From contig ML978123.1 of the NCBI GenBank assembly GCA_010015805.1, positions 372,001 to 436,000 of the forward strand: a stretch of 64,000 bases of DNA, written 5' to 3'. Below, piece after piece: positions 37,875 through 50,909 of the stretch (positions are counted from its first letter, which is position 1; each line of letters begins with the position of its first letter). The notes below the pieces were generated by a model. It was not told where the DNA came from and did not search any database. It worked only from the letters and a program-made list of their open reading frames with translations. This DNA comes from Rhizodiscina lignyota (taxonomy: Eukaryota). The translations under genes and the position numbers were made by a program.

Positions 37875-38651
37875 GATAAGGCGGTAAGGGGTACGCCTTT
37901 TTAAATAATATTGCTTGAGTCAGACCTTTGTTTGATTTCGTTCGCTCACACACTCGTTTGGATCCTTCACGTCCGTAACGGACCAGATGCGCCAGCTGCC
38001 CCCCTCCGTCTTATGAGCCTCGCGCTCGCCATGGCTAGCAAGGCAAGCTTCATCGGCCTCCAAACTGCCCGAATCTGCCTTGTTCTGCGGGAGATCGCCC
38101 TCGGGGTTGAGCAGCAAATCTGACAGGCGGTCCCGACAGGCAGGCTAGGGTTATTACGAGGGTGCGTGAGCTGTCTTGTCTTGGAACGACTTCGGGAGCG
38201 CGAACGCTTTCAATGTGAGTGGCGAGACGTCATCTTCGGGAATCTGCAGCTTGCAGGGCTGAATGCCCGCATTGCCACGGCCGCGGTGCATGGCGTCCAC
38301 ATACATGCTAATCGGCGGAGATCCGAGGCCAATCACGTCCAGCTAATTACCTCTGCTTCTTCTATATTCAGTCGAGCTGGCTGGGCCCTGGCGCTGTCGC
38401 GTGAGTGGAACCCCATTTGGCAACACGGCTGCCGAACTTGGGAAAAGAAATGCATTTTAAACTCGCACACAGCATGCATGATGCAATTGATCTATTCTGC
38501 GGGACTTAAGGCCCCATTGCGGATGAGCCTTGCACGCCTTGTTGCACTTAAGCACACGGTACGAAAAATCCATGAAAAATCAGTTGACAAGCGAGTGCTC
38601 CACAATCTCCACTGAACCCGCCTTGTTCGCCAAATCAACCTCGGCCGTAAG

Positions 38652-38947
38652 AAGGGATGCAGATTGAACGTTACCTAATTTAAAAACGCTATATTTTATA
38701 TTTGTATGGTGCGGTATTTCATAAAAAACATACGTATCACGTAATATATTAAGCATAACCCTAAATACGCTAAACCAACTACAGCTAGTATAACCTTAGG
38801 TTGAGCTGTAAGACGCCCTATGACACCCTCTTACCCCTAGATATAGCTAATCATAGAAGAGGCTTTTATTTGGTATTCAAAAATAACGTTTTAAACGAAT
38901 TATATTGGGATTTTTTAGAACGAAATACCGCACGCCTTGCATCCCTA
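38652..38947. mobile_element. Non-autonomous MITE (hAT-like), 296 bp
   Basis: TIRs AAGGGATGCA (38652-38661) and TGCATCCCTA (38938-38947). 8-bp TSD GCCGTAAG at 38644-38651 and 38948-38955. Internal inverted repeat GTGCGGTATTTC (38709-38720) / GAAATACCGCAC (38922-38933). The interior is AT-rich. Confidence 0.85.
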
Positions 38948-39849
38948 GCCGTAAGAAAGCAGCACTAAACCCGCAAATTAATCAGGCCCGACTCGTTTTA
39001 GTAAGTACCCATTTTATGGAACCACTTCGTAGAAACTCGGGTTAGCCTTATGGAGCCTAAAACTTCGCCTTTACGCACTTAACGAACGGCTCGATGAATT
39101 CCTTCCAGCCCCTCTGATAGACACCGGATATATGCGATATTTTCTCTTTCCACTCAAACTACTTCACCAAAGTCCATTTCCCCTCTTGAACCGGAGCTTA
39201 CGGTCATTTATCCTGAGCTCTCACTAAATTATTAGATGCCCTGTATAGTTATGTGGCTGCGCTTATGGTTCGGCCTCACCAGTTGTTCGAGTCTTCCACT
39301 GTCCGATTTCAGGCCCCAGACACTTTTGTGATAGGAGAAATTTCCTAGGGGCCATCTTGTCGATTAGACGCTACATCTCATAGGCGAACAAACACCTGGA
39401 CGACCTCGAACCGGGTACATTCCTTCGTATGGCCCGGCTCGGGCCATTGCTTACTTGCGCAAATGTGTTCATGGACAGAGTCCAGCCCGTCTAAGGACAT
39501 ATGTCATGTACATGGTCGGTCTTAGGACTTATACTATCCAGGGAAACCTCTTTGTGCAGACCTGGTGCTGTCCTGGGACGCATCGCCATGCATCTTGTTT
39601 TCAGTCAGTGTGTGGAGGTGCGAACCTGAGCTGGTCTTGGCAGCCCTTATTGAAAGCACTTCGACGTCATAGAAATGAGCAATGTTTAAGCGAACCTGCT
39701 GGAGCTCCTAGCAGCCCGAGTAAGCCTCAGCGCTAAGTAAGCAAGCATAGGATCTTCAGCTAGGAGTTCTCCCCGCCAAGCCCACCAAGACCCCGCTTCT
39801 ACTCTATCCGGCCACTACCAGCCGCAGAGTTGGCGTGGAGCATATTCGA

Positions 39850-39855
39850 CACGTG
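39850..39855 (+). promoter_or_regulatory. Candidate Pho4/NUC-1/PalcA site (CACGTG) upstream of GDPD
   Basis: CACGTGG lies about 440 bp upstream of a phosphate-scavenging enzyme; a TATA (TATAAAT) is at about 40184. Confidence 0.45.
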
Positions 39856-40289
39856 GTTGAGCAGAGAGCAATCAGTCGACTGCGTGATTGCTTTTTGACC
39901 TCCCCGGTCCACCCGATCCTTCCAAAATACTGCATACTTCTAGCTTCCACAAGCTTTCCAAGTCTCTATGACGCAGGTACTTCCCCCCCACGATCATGCC
40001 ATTCTCTTCTCATTTGCCAATTCGCTCCACTTCCATGCAACTCCAGCTCCAACCCCTCACATCTTCCCGTCCCTTAGCATCGGTATGTAGCGTATCCTTT
40101 TCGCTTTCACACTGATGCGTCTTACGAGCACATGGGGTGCAGCTGCAGCTTTGGCAAGCGGTAGTGAAGAGCTAGATGATTACTATAAATTAGGCAATTG
40201 ATCCTCCAAGCTCCGAATGCTTATTTATTCGTCCTTCACCTCAAAATCTGTGCCGCAGAGCTGCACGACTAGGCTAGACATATTTCAAT

Positions 40290-41663
40290 ATGCGCTCTAC
40301 GTTCTCTGTCCTGGCCTCTGTGGCGCTCCTCGCGGAGGTGGTGAGCGCTGCTCCCAAGTACTCTGGCCCTCCCAAGTACTCTGGCCACACTGGGTATGAG
40401 CCTCAAGTCCCAGAGCTAGACTACTACATCTCCCTTGGGCCGCGCCCATTCTACATAGTCGAAAACATGACCGACTCTCCTCTGAAGACGAAACTCAAGA
40501 GCTGTGAAAATGGCCCCTTCAAAATCACGGATTTCTCTATCGGTCATCGTGGTGGCGCGACGCTTCAGATTCCTGAAGAGAGTGTAGAGAACGCCATGGC
40601 CGGAGCTCGGTTCGGTGCTGGTATTCTAGAGTGCGACACTTCTCTCACGGCTGACAAAGGTCTCGTATGCCGACACTCCTTATGCGATCTCCACACCACT
40701 ACCAACATTCTCCTCAACCCGACCCTCGCCGCGAAATGTGCGGTTCCGTTCACGCCAGCGAATGCGACTTCTCCCGCAAACGCTGTGTGCTGCACGACGG
40801 ACATCACAGTGGCTGAATACCTCACGCTTTGTGCCAAAATGGATGGTTTCAATGCAAGTGCCACAAATGTTGAAGACTACCAGCACGGAATACCTACGTG
40901 GAGAACAGAGCTGTACGATACCTGTGCGAAAGTGCAGACTTTGGAGTCGTACATCGACCTCATCGACTCTCTGCCGGGCTACCGCAACTTCACTCCGGAG
41001 CTTAAGTCAGGTGCCGACGACCCTGTCACTGCGCAATACGCCAAGTATCCTCCTGGCTATACACAAGAAGATTACGCCCGACAGTTCGTAAACACTTTTA
41101 TCAAGAAAGGCATCGACCCTCAACGCGTTTGGATGCAGTCATTCAACCCTCCTGACGTTTTCCTCTGGTTGAAAGAATTTCCAGCTTTTGGACGACAAGC
41201 GGTCTATCTAGACGAGTCTGGTGATACCCCGGAGAATTACACTACAGCTGTTGCTCGTCTTCCATCAATCAAAGCAAAGGGTGTCAACATCATTGCTCCG
41301 CCCTTCAACTATCTCCTAATGCAAGCTGGCCCAGATAACCAGAGCATCGTGCCAGCACCATATGCAACGGCAGCGAAGGCTGCTGGACTTGATATTATAG
41401 CGTGGACTTTTGAACGATCTGGACCACTGGCACAGGTCAAGGCAAGTGATGACTACTACTACAGCTCTATCGCGGACGCTGTTCACACCGATGGCCAGTT
41501 TTATGAGGTCTTGGATATCCTGGTGCACCAGATTGGCATCAAGGCTATTTTCTCGGACTGGTCCGCGACTGTTACGTATTATGCCAATTGCTTTGGCTTA
41601 GAAGGTCCCAAGTCGGCAGATTACCAGAAACCCCCTGGCAAGGGATATGGGTGGGGTTGGTGA
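40290..41663 (+). CDS. Secreted glycerophosphodiester phosphodiesterase (GDPD), intronless
   Basis: Signal peptide; motifs IGHRGG, ILECD, VCRH..CDLHTTTNI, PELK, MQSFN, AWTFERSG and IFSDW. Confidence 0.93.
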   Translation: MRSTFSVLASVALLAEVVSAAPKYSGPPKYSGHTGYEPQVPELDYYISLGPRPFYIVENMTDSPLKTKLKSCENGPFKITDFSIGHRGGATLQIPEESVENAMAGARFGAGILECDTSLTADKGLVCRHSLCDLHTTTNILLNPTLAAKCAVPFTPANATSPANAVCCTTDITVAEYLTLCAKMDGFNASATNVEDYQHGIPTWRTELYDTCAKVQTLESYIDLIDSLPGYRNFTPELKSGADDPVTAQYAKYPPGYTQEDYARQFVNTFIKKGIDPQRVWMQSFNPPDVFLWLKEFPAFGRQAVYLDESGDTPENYTTAVARLPSIKAKGVNIIAPPFNYLLMQAGPDNQSIVPAPYATAAKAAGLDIIAWTFERSGPLAQVKASDDYYYSSIADAVHTDGQFYEVLDILVHQIGIKAIFSDWSATVTYYANCFGLEGPKSADYQKPPGKGYGWGW

Positions 41664-42633
41664 CTATAGACATACAGTTGTAGATACTTAAAAATAGTGG
41701 ATGTCAAGCAGCGTGATTGTCAAGCGAGAGAAATGAATTTTGTAGTGAAAGCTTGGAATGGAGCAACCCGTGCTCAAGCAATTGAGCGAAGGAAAAAGCG
41801 GAGACTTGTACAATGAAATTATTCTCAGGAGTTCGAGAGCAAACTGTCCAGATGTCATGGATGGCGTGGTGGGTTCTTGGCACTGCCCATATCGAGTCTA
41901 AATCTCAATGTTTGAAATAGAAGGCAGGTACGATGGTCGCAGATCCGACCCAGCCAGTTTTCCATTTCGCACCGTAACATGGATATTGTAGTGTATCAGT
42001 CAATCAGTCAATCAGACATAGGTGTCTTTGTAGCAATACGCGCCATTACATACAACTCTAGCGGTAATGGGCTGAAGCATACGACTTCGCTTTGTTCGTA
42101 GTATTGCCTCTCTGTGGGTCAGGAGAGGCAGGAGGTACTCCGTAGCCATTGGCCGGGATGTGGCATATACACCACTGACGCTTCCAGAGAATGAGGCACT
42201 ATCGGTGCACGAATGATCAATGTGAGTTGATTGATTGAAGGAAGGAGGCTCTCAAGGAGGAGTGCTCGCTTATATACAGGAGAAGCGCTAAGGCTAAGGG
42301 GGTGCACTGATCACCTCCTGACAGGCACTTCTGGCATTGCCCCACTTTCAATGTCTTACGGTATGCAAAAGATGAAGCGATAATGGTGTTGATGGGGAGC
42401 TCTTTCTTTGAGGCTGTGAGATGCAGGAGGTGCGGCCGAGTCGACGGAGTAGGATAGGGCTAAGGAGGCCTTAAAATAGCACAGTGCTTTAAACTCGCTT
42501 AGTCATCTAGCCTATCTTACATATACATGTAACTGAAGCCAAGCTACAGATCTTCAGCACTTTTGAGAAGAGCAACGAGAAGAGCACTTGTTTCTTTTCT
42601 TATCAGTTTGTTCTGCTAACACTTTATTCAGCC

Positions 42634-45076
42634 TCATCCAGGTGGATGATCTAAATACGACAAGTCTTGCTCAAGGAGTCCAAGCATGTATTGATTCCCC
42701 TGAAACCAGTTCTCCAAGCCTCCAGAAGGGTACAAAGAGGGGGACTGGCCTGATGTCGTGTCAAAACCGCCCTCTGCTTCGCCTATCTCGCCACCAGCAG
42801 CATTCCTTGGAGGAGCGAAACCCAGAGCGTTGAGATATTGATCAAACTCTGACCATGGCACATCAGCCATTTGGGGATCCGCCGCCGAGAGCCCTGACAT
42901 AGGGTCCTGCTGATCTACTCCCGAGCGAGCATTGGCCTCCACATACAGCGCAGCAACCTGATGGAATATCTGACATAAAACCCAGAACCTGTTGGCGGCT
43001 TCAGAAAGCTGAGAAGCGGACTGTATAGATGCGACGAACGCGCTCAGGCGTTGCAGATCATCGGCATTCGCAGTTGCAATAACATGGCAAAATAGAACTA
43101 TAAAAGGAGCGAATGGGGCATGGATAACGGCCCTATGGTGCGTTGCTTAGTGAGGATCTGGTGAGGGAGAATGAAATACTGACCAATGCAGATAGCCGTC
43201 CCAAATCTCGGGGTCTTTCTCTTTATAACGATGATATGCCCGCTGGTGAGCTTCCAATGCCTCCCGAGCATAGTTGATACAGGCCTGATTTGGTGTGGCA
43301 GAAAGCGAAGCGGATCGGTGAATCAGGGTGAGGGTCGATAGATGCGTTACTTCGTCGGATTGTTGTAGTGCTTTCGCATAATAGAGGCCGTCCTCACGTT
43401 CGATTGAATCGACTTCGATCTAATCCTTTATCAGCCGTGATCTCACCGGGGATCAAGCGCTCGCAGGCACTGACAGTCGACCAATTCTCTCGTAACTCTT
43501 CCATTTCGCGGGCCAAGCTCTCTGCGGCAGATATTCGATTCTCCGCACTCGATAAGAGGGCTGCGGGACTGTATAGCTTCTCATAAATACGGCCTTGTAT
43601 AGAGGCAAACTGGATCCAGAGTCCCATCATTTCTGACCATATCTCTTCCGAGCCGTGCCCATATTTTATGAGTACCTTAACTGCATCACCCGGGTGTGGT
43701 ATCGAGACGTCGAAATCTTGGATGGTCGATGCCCGTCCGAGTCGTAAAGAAAGGCTCTTGTCGATAATATACAGCGACCAGAATGCGTATGTTCTCCTCG
43801 CTTTCAGCACCGGGTCGTTACACAAGGAGTCAGCACGATGATATCCGAGATTTTTGGCAAGCCCAACCGCAGCGGCAGTAAGCGACCAGCACAACGACGG
43901 TTTCGACTTCTCTACAGCATATGTCGCTCCTAGTAGTAGTGCGTAGACGTTCTCGTCCGTTGCTGACACAAGAAGCTCCAGGTTGTCCAAGCAGATCTCC
44001 AAGTTCTCCCTGCATAAATCCACATTTGACATTTCTGTTGGCTCTCGCCCTTCTCTCTTGTCTATCATGTAAGACTCCAGGAATAAATAGTATAGGCCAC
44101 CGTACACAAGGACAGCAGTTACTGTGGGATACCCATCTGTGTTGAAGTATACGGACTTGAGAAGGTCTTTGAACTCATCGAGTGCGGAGAACGGAAAGCA
44201 CATGTCGAAGAATGCGTCGAGTTGTCCTTAATCCATTGTCAGCACATATGAAGTCAACGAATGCTAACATACTTCGCCTAGTCTTCAAAAGATTCATGAC
44301 CGACTCCAGAGGCGGCAGTCTGAGGGCCGTCGGTGAGAAAGCCGGCAGATCTTTCCGAGGATTGAATCGAATTTGAGTCGTGGAAGGCTTTGCGCTTTGT
44401 CTCGAAACTATGCTGCGGAGGGATTGCAACGCAGTTTTTATATTCTGCGTCTGCTGGAAGGGGGCATTGTCTACGGCGATCGAAAGTAAATGGCTAGCCT
44501 GAACGGAATGTGCTGCTAAGGAAGACTCTCCCTCGAAAGCCGGGTTCGGATCTTCTTCAAGTACAGACTCATCGCGACTCTTGACTGCAACAGAAAATGT
44601 CTGATGACTTGATGGAGTCGCCCCGACACTATGATTCGCAGGAGAGAGCGATGCTGCGATCGACTGCAGCGTCCTCTCGAGACTCACTAGTCGTTCTTCG
44701 ATTCGATCAATCTTCTTCTCACTTCACAGATATTAGTCTCTTCGGCAACTGTAGCTCTATGAGGTGGAATGCTTACTATTGCGCGGACACCAATACTCTT
44801 TGCTTAGACTCGACTGGTCTTTGAACTGTTGTTCGACAGAGACTGTCGGTCGAGCGGCAGTTGGAGCACGGTGAACGCTTATCACATCGGATCTGTAGCG
44901 CTTAAGAGTCAAATTGACAGATTTGTACAGTCAACGTGCTTCAGACTTCGTACCTTTCGAGTGCGGCAGTTGTCACACTATATAATACGTCAAGTCGGAT
45001 CCTTCTGCAAGATGTCGCAGCCACCGAATGCCATACTCACTGCACGCGTCGACTGTTCCCTGCCAACAGCGTCCAT
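42634..45076 (-). CDS. Zn(II)2Cys6 transcription factor with Fungal_trans domain, multi-exon
   Basis: Spliced cluster RA|CDNCRTRK|IRCDKRSPCSNCRSTDSLC. Also FEGESSLAAHS, LGYHR...FWSLYIIDKSLSLRLGRASTIQD, and a C-terminal LENWFQGNQYMLGLLEQDL activation-type tail. Confidence 0.93.
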
Positions 45077-45541
45077 CACCGATCGGCTTGGATTGTGAGT
45101 GTGAGGAAGCGGTCTGAGAGAAGATGAGACCACTCCTAAGAGATGGGCGATGGTATTGCTCGAACAATTACTCTGTAACCAATTGACATTGGACGGAGCC
45201 CGCGGGATCCGTGAAATCCCCTGAGGCGTGCTGAATTAGGTTTAGCGTCTTTCCTGAAGACTCACTTTCCTTGGCTGTCGTAGCTTTTCCTTCGTACACT
45301 CTCGGTTCGGGTCAGAAAAGGCTACTGCATTACGGAGTACAGGGCATTGCGCACAATGATCGCTCAAGTGTGTCGCACGATGGCTTTGGTAGTGGCTGTA
45401 GCCTCAGGCGGGCCCCGCGGACACCGAACGCATCGAAAGCGGCTACCACTGTAGACAGTCACCATGAACCGATCATTTAAAAGAAGAATCGGGCCCAACA
45501 CAGGGTTCTCCATGAATTAATGCTAAAGGGTCTCTTTGATA

Positions 45542-48500
45542 ATGGCTGAAAAGGAAGAGACGGCCGAGAGCAGCGCGAAAGAGAGCGATGTCAGTCAAAA
45601 GGCCGCGAACGCTGGCTTTGCAAGCTATCGAGTCCGTATTTACTCTTCTCAGACCTCGTCCTTTGTCAAGCTGATCCAATTTAGCGAATATTTTCGTACG
45701 CCGACAAGCTCAGCTGGTCTCTGAATGGCATAGCTTTATTTTGTGCCATTGGTTCAGGGGCCATGCTCCCACTGATGGATCTAGTCTTCGGCAAATTTGT
45801 CAATTCCTTTAATAACTTTGCAATTGGCAGCTTAGACCCAGCCGGCTTTCGCTCCCAAGTTAACAAGTTCACACTATGGTTCGTGTACCTCTTTGTGGCT
45901 AAATTCGTTGGAGTCTATATCTGGACGTTGGCATTATCAATCTCGGGTTTAAGGACAACCAAAGCTCTCCGAACTCACTTCTTGGAACGGATCTTACGAC
46001 AGGATATTGAATTCTTCGACTCTCCTGATAACGGATCCGTCGCGATTCAGATCAGTACGAACGGCAATGTGGTCAATCAAGGCATTGGCGAGAAGCTGGG
46101 GTTGTTCATCCAGGGAATCGCCACATTCGTCTCCGCGTTTGTTGTCGCATTTGCTGTACAATGGAAGCTCACACTCATCACGCTGTCGATTGTTCCGACC
46201 ATCGTCATCGTTACAACTGTCTGTATAGCGTTTGATGCCAAGATTGAAGGCAGAATCCAGCCATTGTATGCTCAAGCAGGACAGTTGGCTGAGGAAGCAT
46301 TTGGAAGCATCGCCAATGTCCACGCCTTCTGGTCTCATCCCAAAATGGCTGCAATGTACGACACCTATCTATCCGCAGTGAGAAAGGATGCTCTCAACAA
46401 GTCTCCTATTTACGGCGCTATTTTCTCGACGGAGTTTTTCTGTGTCTATGCTGGATACGCGCTGGCCTTCTGGCAAGGCATCCACATGTATGCTCGCGGT
46501 GAGATAGACCAACCAGGTCAAATCGTAACGTCTGCAAATCTCCACTAATCAAACGAACAAGATGTTAATATATCTCCAGTCCATTATTTGCTGTCATCGT
46601 AGCCGCGACCGCCCTCACACAAGTCTCTCCTCAGATTATGCAAATCGCCAAGTCGGCCGGTGCTGCGCATGGCCTGTTCGCCATTATCGACAGAACGCCT
46701 GCTATCGACGCTCTGGACAAAAGTGGTCGACGCCCTGAGGAAGTTAAAGCAGGGCTCGGATTCCGCAATGTCGGCTTCGCCTATCCTTCAAGACCGGATG
46801 TTGCAATCTTTGATGATTTCAACTTATCAATTCCACCAAATAAGACGACAGCTCTTGTCGGTCCAAGTGGCTCCGGCAAGAGTACCGTTGTTGCCTTACT
46901 GGAGCGATGGTATTCTCCGACTGCGGGTGAGATTCTGATGGATGGCGTGCCCATCCATGAGCTGAACTTACAATGGCTCAGATCAAACATCCGCATTGTT
47001 CAACAGGTGTGTACCGGGATCAGATCAACCTCTCTCATACAGCAGTGGCTAATACTTACGCAGGAACCTGTCGTATTCAATGGAACAGTTGAAGAAAATG
47101 TTAAATTGGGCTTGCGCGGTACTGCAAGCGCTCTTCTTCCCGAGAAGGAACAGTTTCGTTTAGTCGAAGATGCTTGCAAGGCCGCATTTGCCGATGAATT
47201 CATTCAACAATTACCAGAAGTATGTCCTTGATGATATCATCCAAAACGAGTGTCCTTCGTTCCCATGCTCTATTGCTGACGTTATACAAGGGCTATCAAA
47301 CTGAGATTGGCCAACGTGGATCTCGACTATCTGGTGGTCAAAAACAGCGTATTGCGATTGCCCGGAGCATAGTATCAAACCCCAGAGTGCTCCTTCTCGA
47401 CGAGGCAACGAGTGCTCTTGACCCGAAGGCGGAGCGTATCGTACAACATGCCCTTGATAACGTTTCTCACAATCGGACTACACTAGTCATTGCGCATAAA
47501 CTCTCTACCGTCCGCAAAGCCGACAATATCGCAGTCGTCGCGAAAGGCAAAATCATCGAGCAAGGAACCCATGAACAGCTGATTGATCTCCGAAGTACAT
47601 ATGCTCGATTGGTCAAGGTTCAGGACCTTGGTGAAGGGGCAGGTCCTTTCACAGCTAGCGAGCAAGACGATATTGAGCAAAATCATCTCATTCGAACTAC
47701 CACCTCTCACTCAGCAGTTCAGAGCCCTGGCAATCAAGACTTTTTGCAACCGAAGATGACTATGAATTACAACCTGCTGCATTGCTTGTGGATTCTCTTC
47801 AGAGAGCAACCTGAGCTCAACCTTGGGTTTATCATCACTCTCGTTGCTTGCTTCACAGCAGGTAGGCTCTCTCAACTTCACGACGTCAATGCGTACACTC
47901 ACAACGCAACAGGATTGACGTTCCCGGCACTCGCATTTATCTTCTCACGGATGATGAATGTATTTCAACTTGATCGGGACGCTATGACTAAACGCGGAGA
48001 CTTCTTTTCGCTCATGTTCTTCGTGCTGGCGCTTAATAACTTAATATCCTATTTCACTTTGGGCTGGATTGCCAACATAATTTCTCAAGTATGTCAGAAG
48101 CACTGCCATCAGAAGAGTCGTATGCTAACAGGAGGCCAGGATTTGACGTACAAGTACCGCCTCGAGATGTTCAGGAACAGTATCAAGCAAGACCGCGTCT
48201 TTTTCGATCGACCCGAGAATTCAGCGGGCGCGTTAGTATCGAACATTTCCATGAAACCTCAGTCACTCCAGGAATTGCTGGGCATCAACGTCACTCTCAT
48301 TCTGATTGGCACCATAAATGTGGTATCAAGTTGCATTTTTGCAATTGCCGTGGGCTGGAAGCTTGGTCTTGTCGTTGTCTTCGGAGCACTCCCGCCCATC
48401 ATCTTCTGTGGCTCTCTGCGCTTCCGCCTCGAGTTCAAACTAGACGACGATATTGATCTAAGGTTTGCAGATAGCACTGCGCTTGCATCGGAAGCTGTAG

Positions 48501-49757
48501 CTGCTATTCGTACTGTCGCATCGTTGACGTTGGAGCCGTATATTCTCGACAGGTACCGAACACAGCTCCAGTCAATTGACCAGGAATCCTTCAAGTCGCT
48601 CGTCTGGACGATGTTCTGGTACGCTTTGACTCAATCGGTGTCTTTCCTTGGTATGGCTCTCGGATTTTGGTATGTTAAAAACATTGGTCATACAATGCGC
48701 TTGCTAACAGATGGATTAGGTACGGGGGTCGGCTAATGTCGACTGGAGAGTACTCGACAACGCAATTTTTCATCGTCTTCATCGCTGTCATCTTTTCGGG
48801 AGAAGCTGCTGCACAGTTCTTTTCATTCGCCACAAGTAAGGATTAATCGTATAACTCCTTCAAATCAGCAGCTCATGTGTGACAGGTATAACTAAAGGGC
48901 AGACAGCTGCTAACTACATGCTGCGGCTCCGATCCCTGAAGCCAACAATGACCGAGCACGACAATGGCGATGATAAAGATGACGGTGACGAAAAGAAAGC
49001 TGATGTAAGGGATGCGCATGTTGTCTGCGATGACGTTCAATTCTCATACCCCCTACGACCGGGTCTACCGGTGATTCGGAACATTGGTGTCGACATTCCG
49101 AGCAGTAAAACTTTCGCCCTCGTTGGCCCTTCAGGTTGCGGGAAATCGACTATGGTGTCTCTTCTGGAGCGATTCTATGATCCGACTTCTGGTTGTATTA
49201 CCTACAACGGGAAGGACGTATCGCAGCTTTGTCCCCGTCGCTATCGTCGCAACCTCGCTCTTGTAGAGCAAGAGCCAACTCTGTACCGTATGTCTATCCG
49301 TGACAATGTCGCTTTAGGTCTGGAAGAGGATGCATCGGAGGAACAAATACATGACGCATGTCGTGCTGCGAATATCTACGACTTTGTGGCCTCACTTCCG
49401 GATGGCTTTAATACTCTCTGCGGCACCAATGGAACACAGCTGTCCGGTGGACAAAAGCAGCGTGTCGCGATAGCCCGCGCACTGATTCGGAATCCAAAGC
49501 TTCTTCTCCTCGACGAAGCGACAAGCGCGCTTGACTCAGAATCCGAGAGAATTGTGCAGGGAGCGCTGAATGAGGCGTCGGCTGGGCGCACAACGGTTAT
49601 GGTTGCGCATCGGCTGAGTACAGTGAAGGATGCTGACTGCATCCTCGTGCTTTTTATGGGCAGTATCGTTGAGGCAGGGACTCACCGAGAGTTATTGGAT
49701 AGGAGAGGGATGTACTATAATATATGTTTGGGGCAGTCTTTGGAAAGGGTTGTATGA
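45542..49757 (+). CDS. Full-length ABCB (MDR/P-glycoprotein-like) ABC transporter
   Basis: TMD-NBD-TMD-NBD layout; Walker A GPSGSGKST and GPSGCGKST; LSGGQKQR x2; LLLDEATSALD x2; several short introns. Confidence 0.96.
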
Positions 49758-50258
49758 ATAGTGTTGCAAGGCGTCCGAAATTGGTTCCATCCCAACTTAA
49801 GCATGCATGTTTATGTCATCTTTCTACATTCAGGAAATTATTAGACTTCACAACACTACCTTAATTTATTGCTCTGCTGTAAGCCGGGATTACGTGAACT
49901 ACCGCTGCGAACGCCATTTGATATCTTAGTAACCAATGCAGTGGTATTCTGACTTCACTTTGGCCCTGAGGTAAACAGATAGCCCTTTCAATCAGTATTT
50001 CTCTTGGGAACAGCGGAAATGTTTGGCAGATATCGATGATAGATTCTCGTACTTCAATTGAGCGTTCGTAATAGGTTAGATCGTGGCTGTACCCATGCGA
50101 ATCCTCCAGTGACGTATCGTAGCGGCGAAACTCACAGCCTCACGATCGGCGTCCTTGTTTTAATCGCGCAGCAGATCGCGAGCGCATTTGCGTTTTTAAA
50201 TACCAGAAATTGCATCTGTGTCCCGATAGTCATCTAATCGAAAGTCTTCGCTGCCAAA

Positions 50259-50663
50259 ATGGGCCTCTTTTCGAAATCAAAATCGAACTCAAAATCTACA
50301 GCAGCTTCCATTCCTGCTGAAGCACCCCCTTCAGAGCCTCCTAAGATGCCAGAAGTAGTCATCACCTCACCATCAACAACCTCAATTCCCAAAGGCCCGC
50401 CGCCAGGACACGGCGCAGGTAACCACTCTACCTGGCCAGCAGTCCCGAGTGCTGGGGACTACAAATCGCGCGTGGCGGCTATTGACCAAGCCGACAAGAC
50501 TGAAGGCAACGAGCACAAGAAGAGCTGGCTCAAAGAGAAGCTCAATCTCGCTGGGCCGGATGAGAAAGCGTATTACGATCGGAGATACAAGGCTGGCGAG
50601 GGCAGCGATTATGAGCAAGCAAGTCAACTTGCAATGATAGTAGGCGGAGCAGGGCCTGTGTAG
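50259..50663 (+). CDS. Small hypothetical protein, candidate N-myristoylated (MGLFSKSK)
   Basis: 134-aa ORF, AAAATGG start context, MGxxS plus basic N-terminus, Pro-rich middle. Confidence 0.65.
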   Translation: MGLFSKSKSNSKSTAASIPAEAPPSEPPKMPEVVITSPSTTSIPKGPPPGHGAGNHSTWPAVPSAGDYKSRVAAIDQADKTEGNEHKKSWLKEKLNLAGPDEKAYYDRRYKAGEGSDYEQASQLAMIVGGAGPV

Positions 50664-50909
50664 AGAAGTGCGGGAGAGCAGGGCGTTTCCAGGGTGTTAG
50701 TCAACTTTTTTTGATATTATGGTTAACGATTATGGCGTTCATGGACGCGATGATATCCTCGTCTTAGTACTGTACAAGCTCAGGTACCCTTGAGGATATA
50801 AAATGCTTAATCAATACAGCCATGCAAAACAACGCTTCTAATACTCTAAACATGTTGCTGTGAGTGAAATAACTTGAAGCAAAACGGAGCTAAGTTCGAT
50901 TCCGAATGG

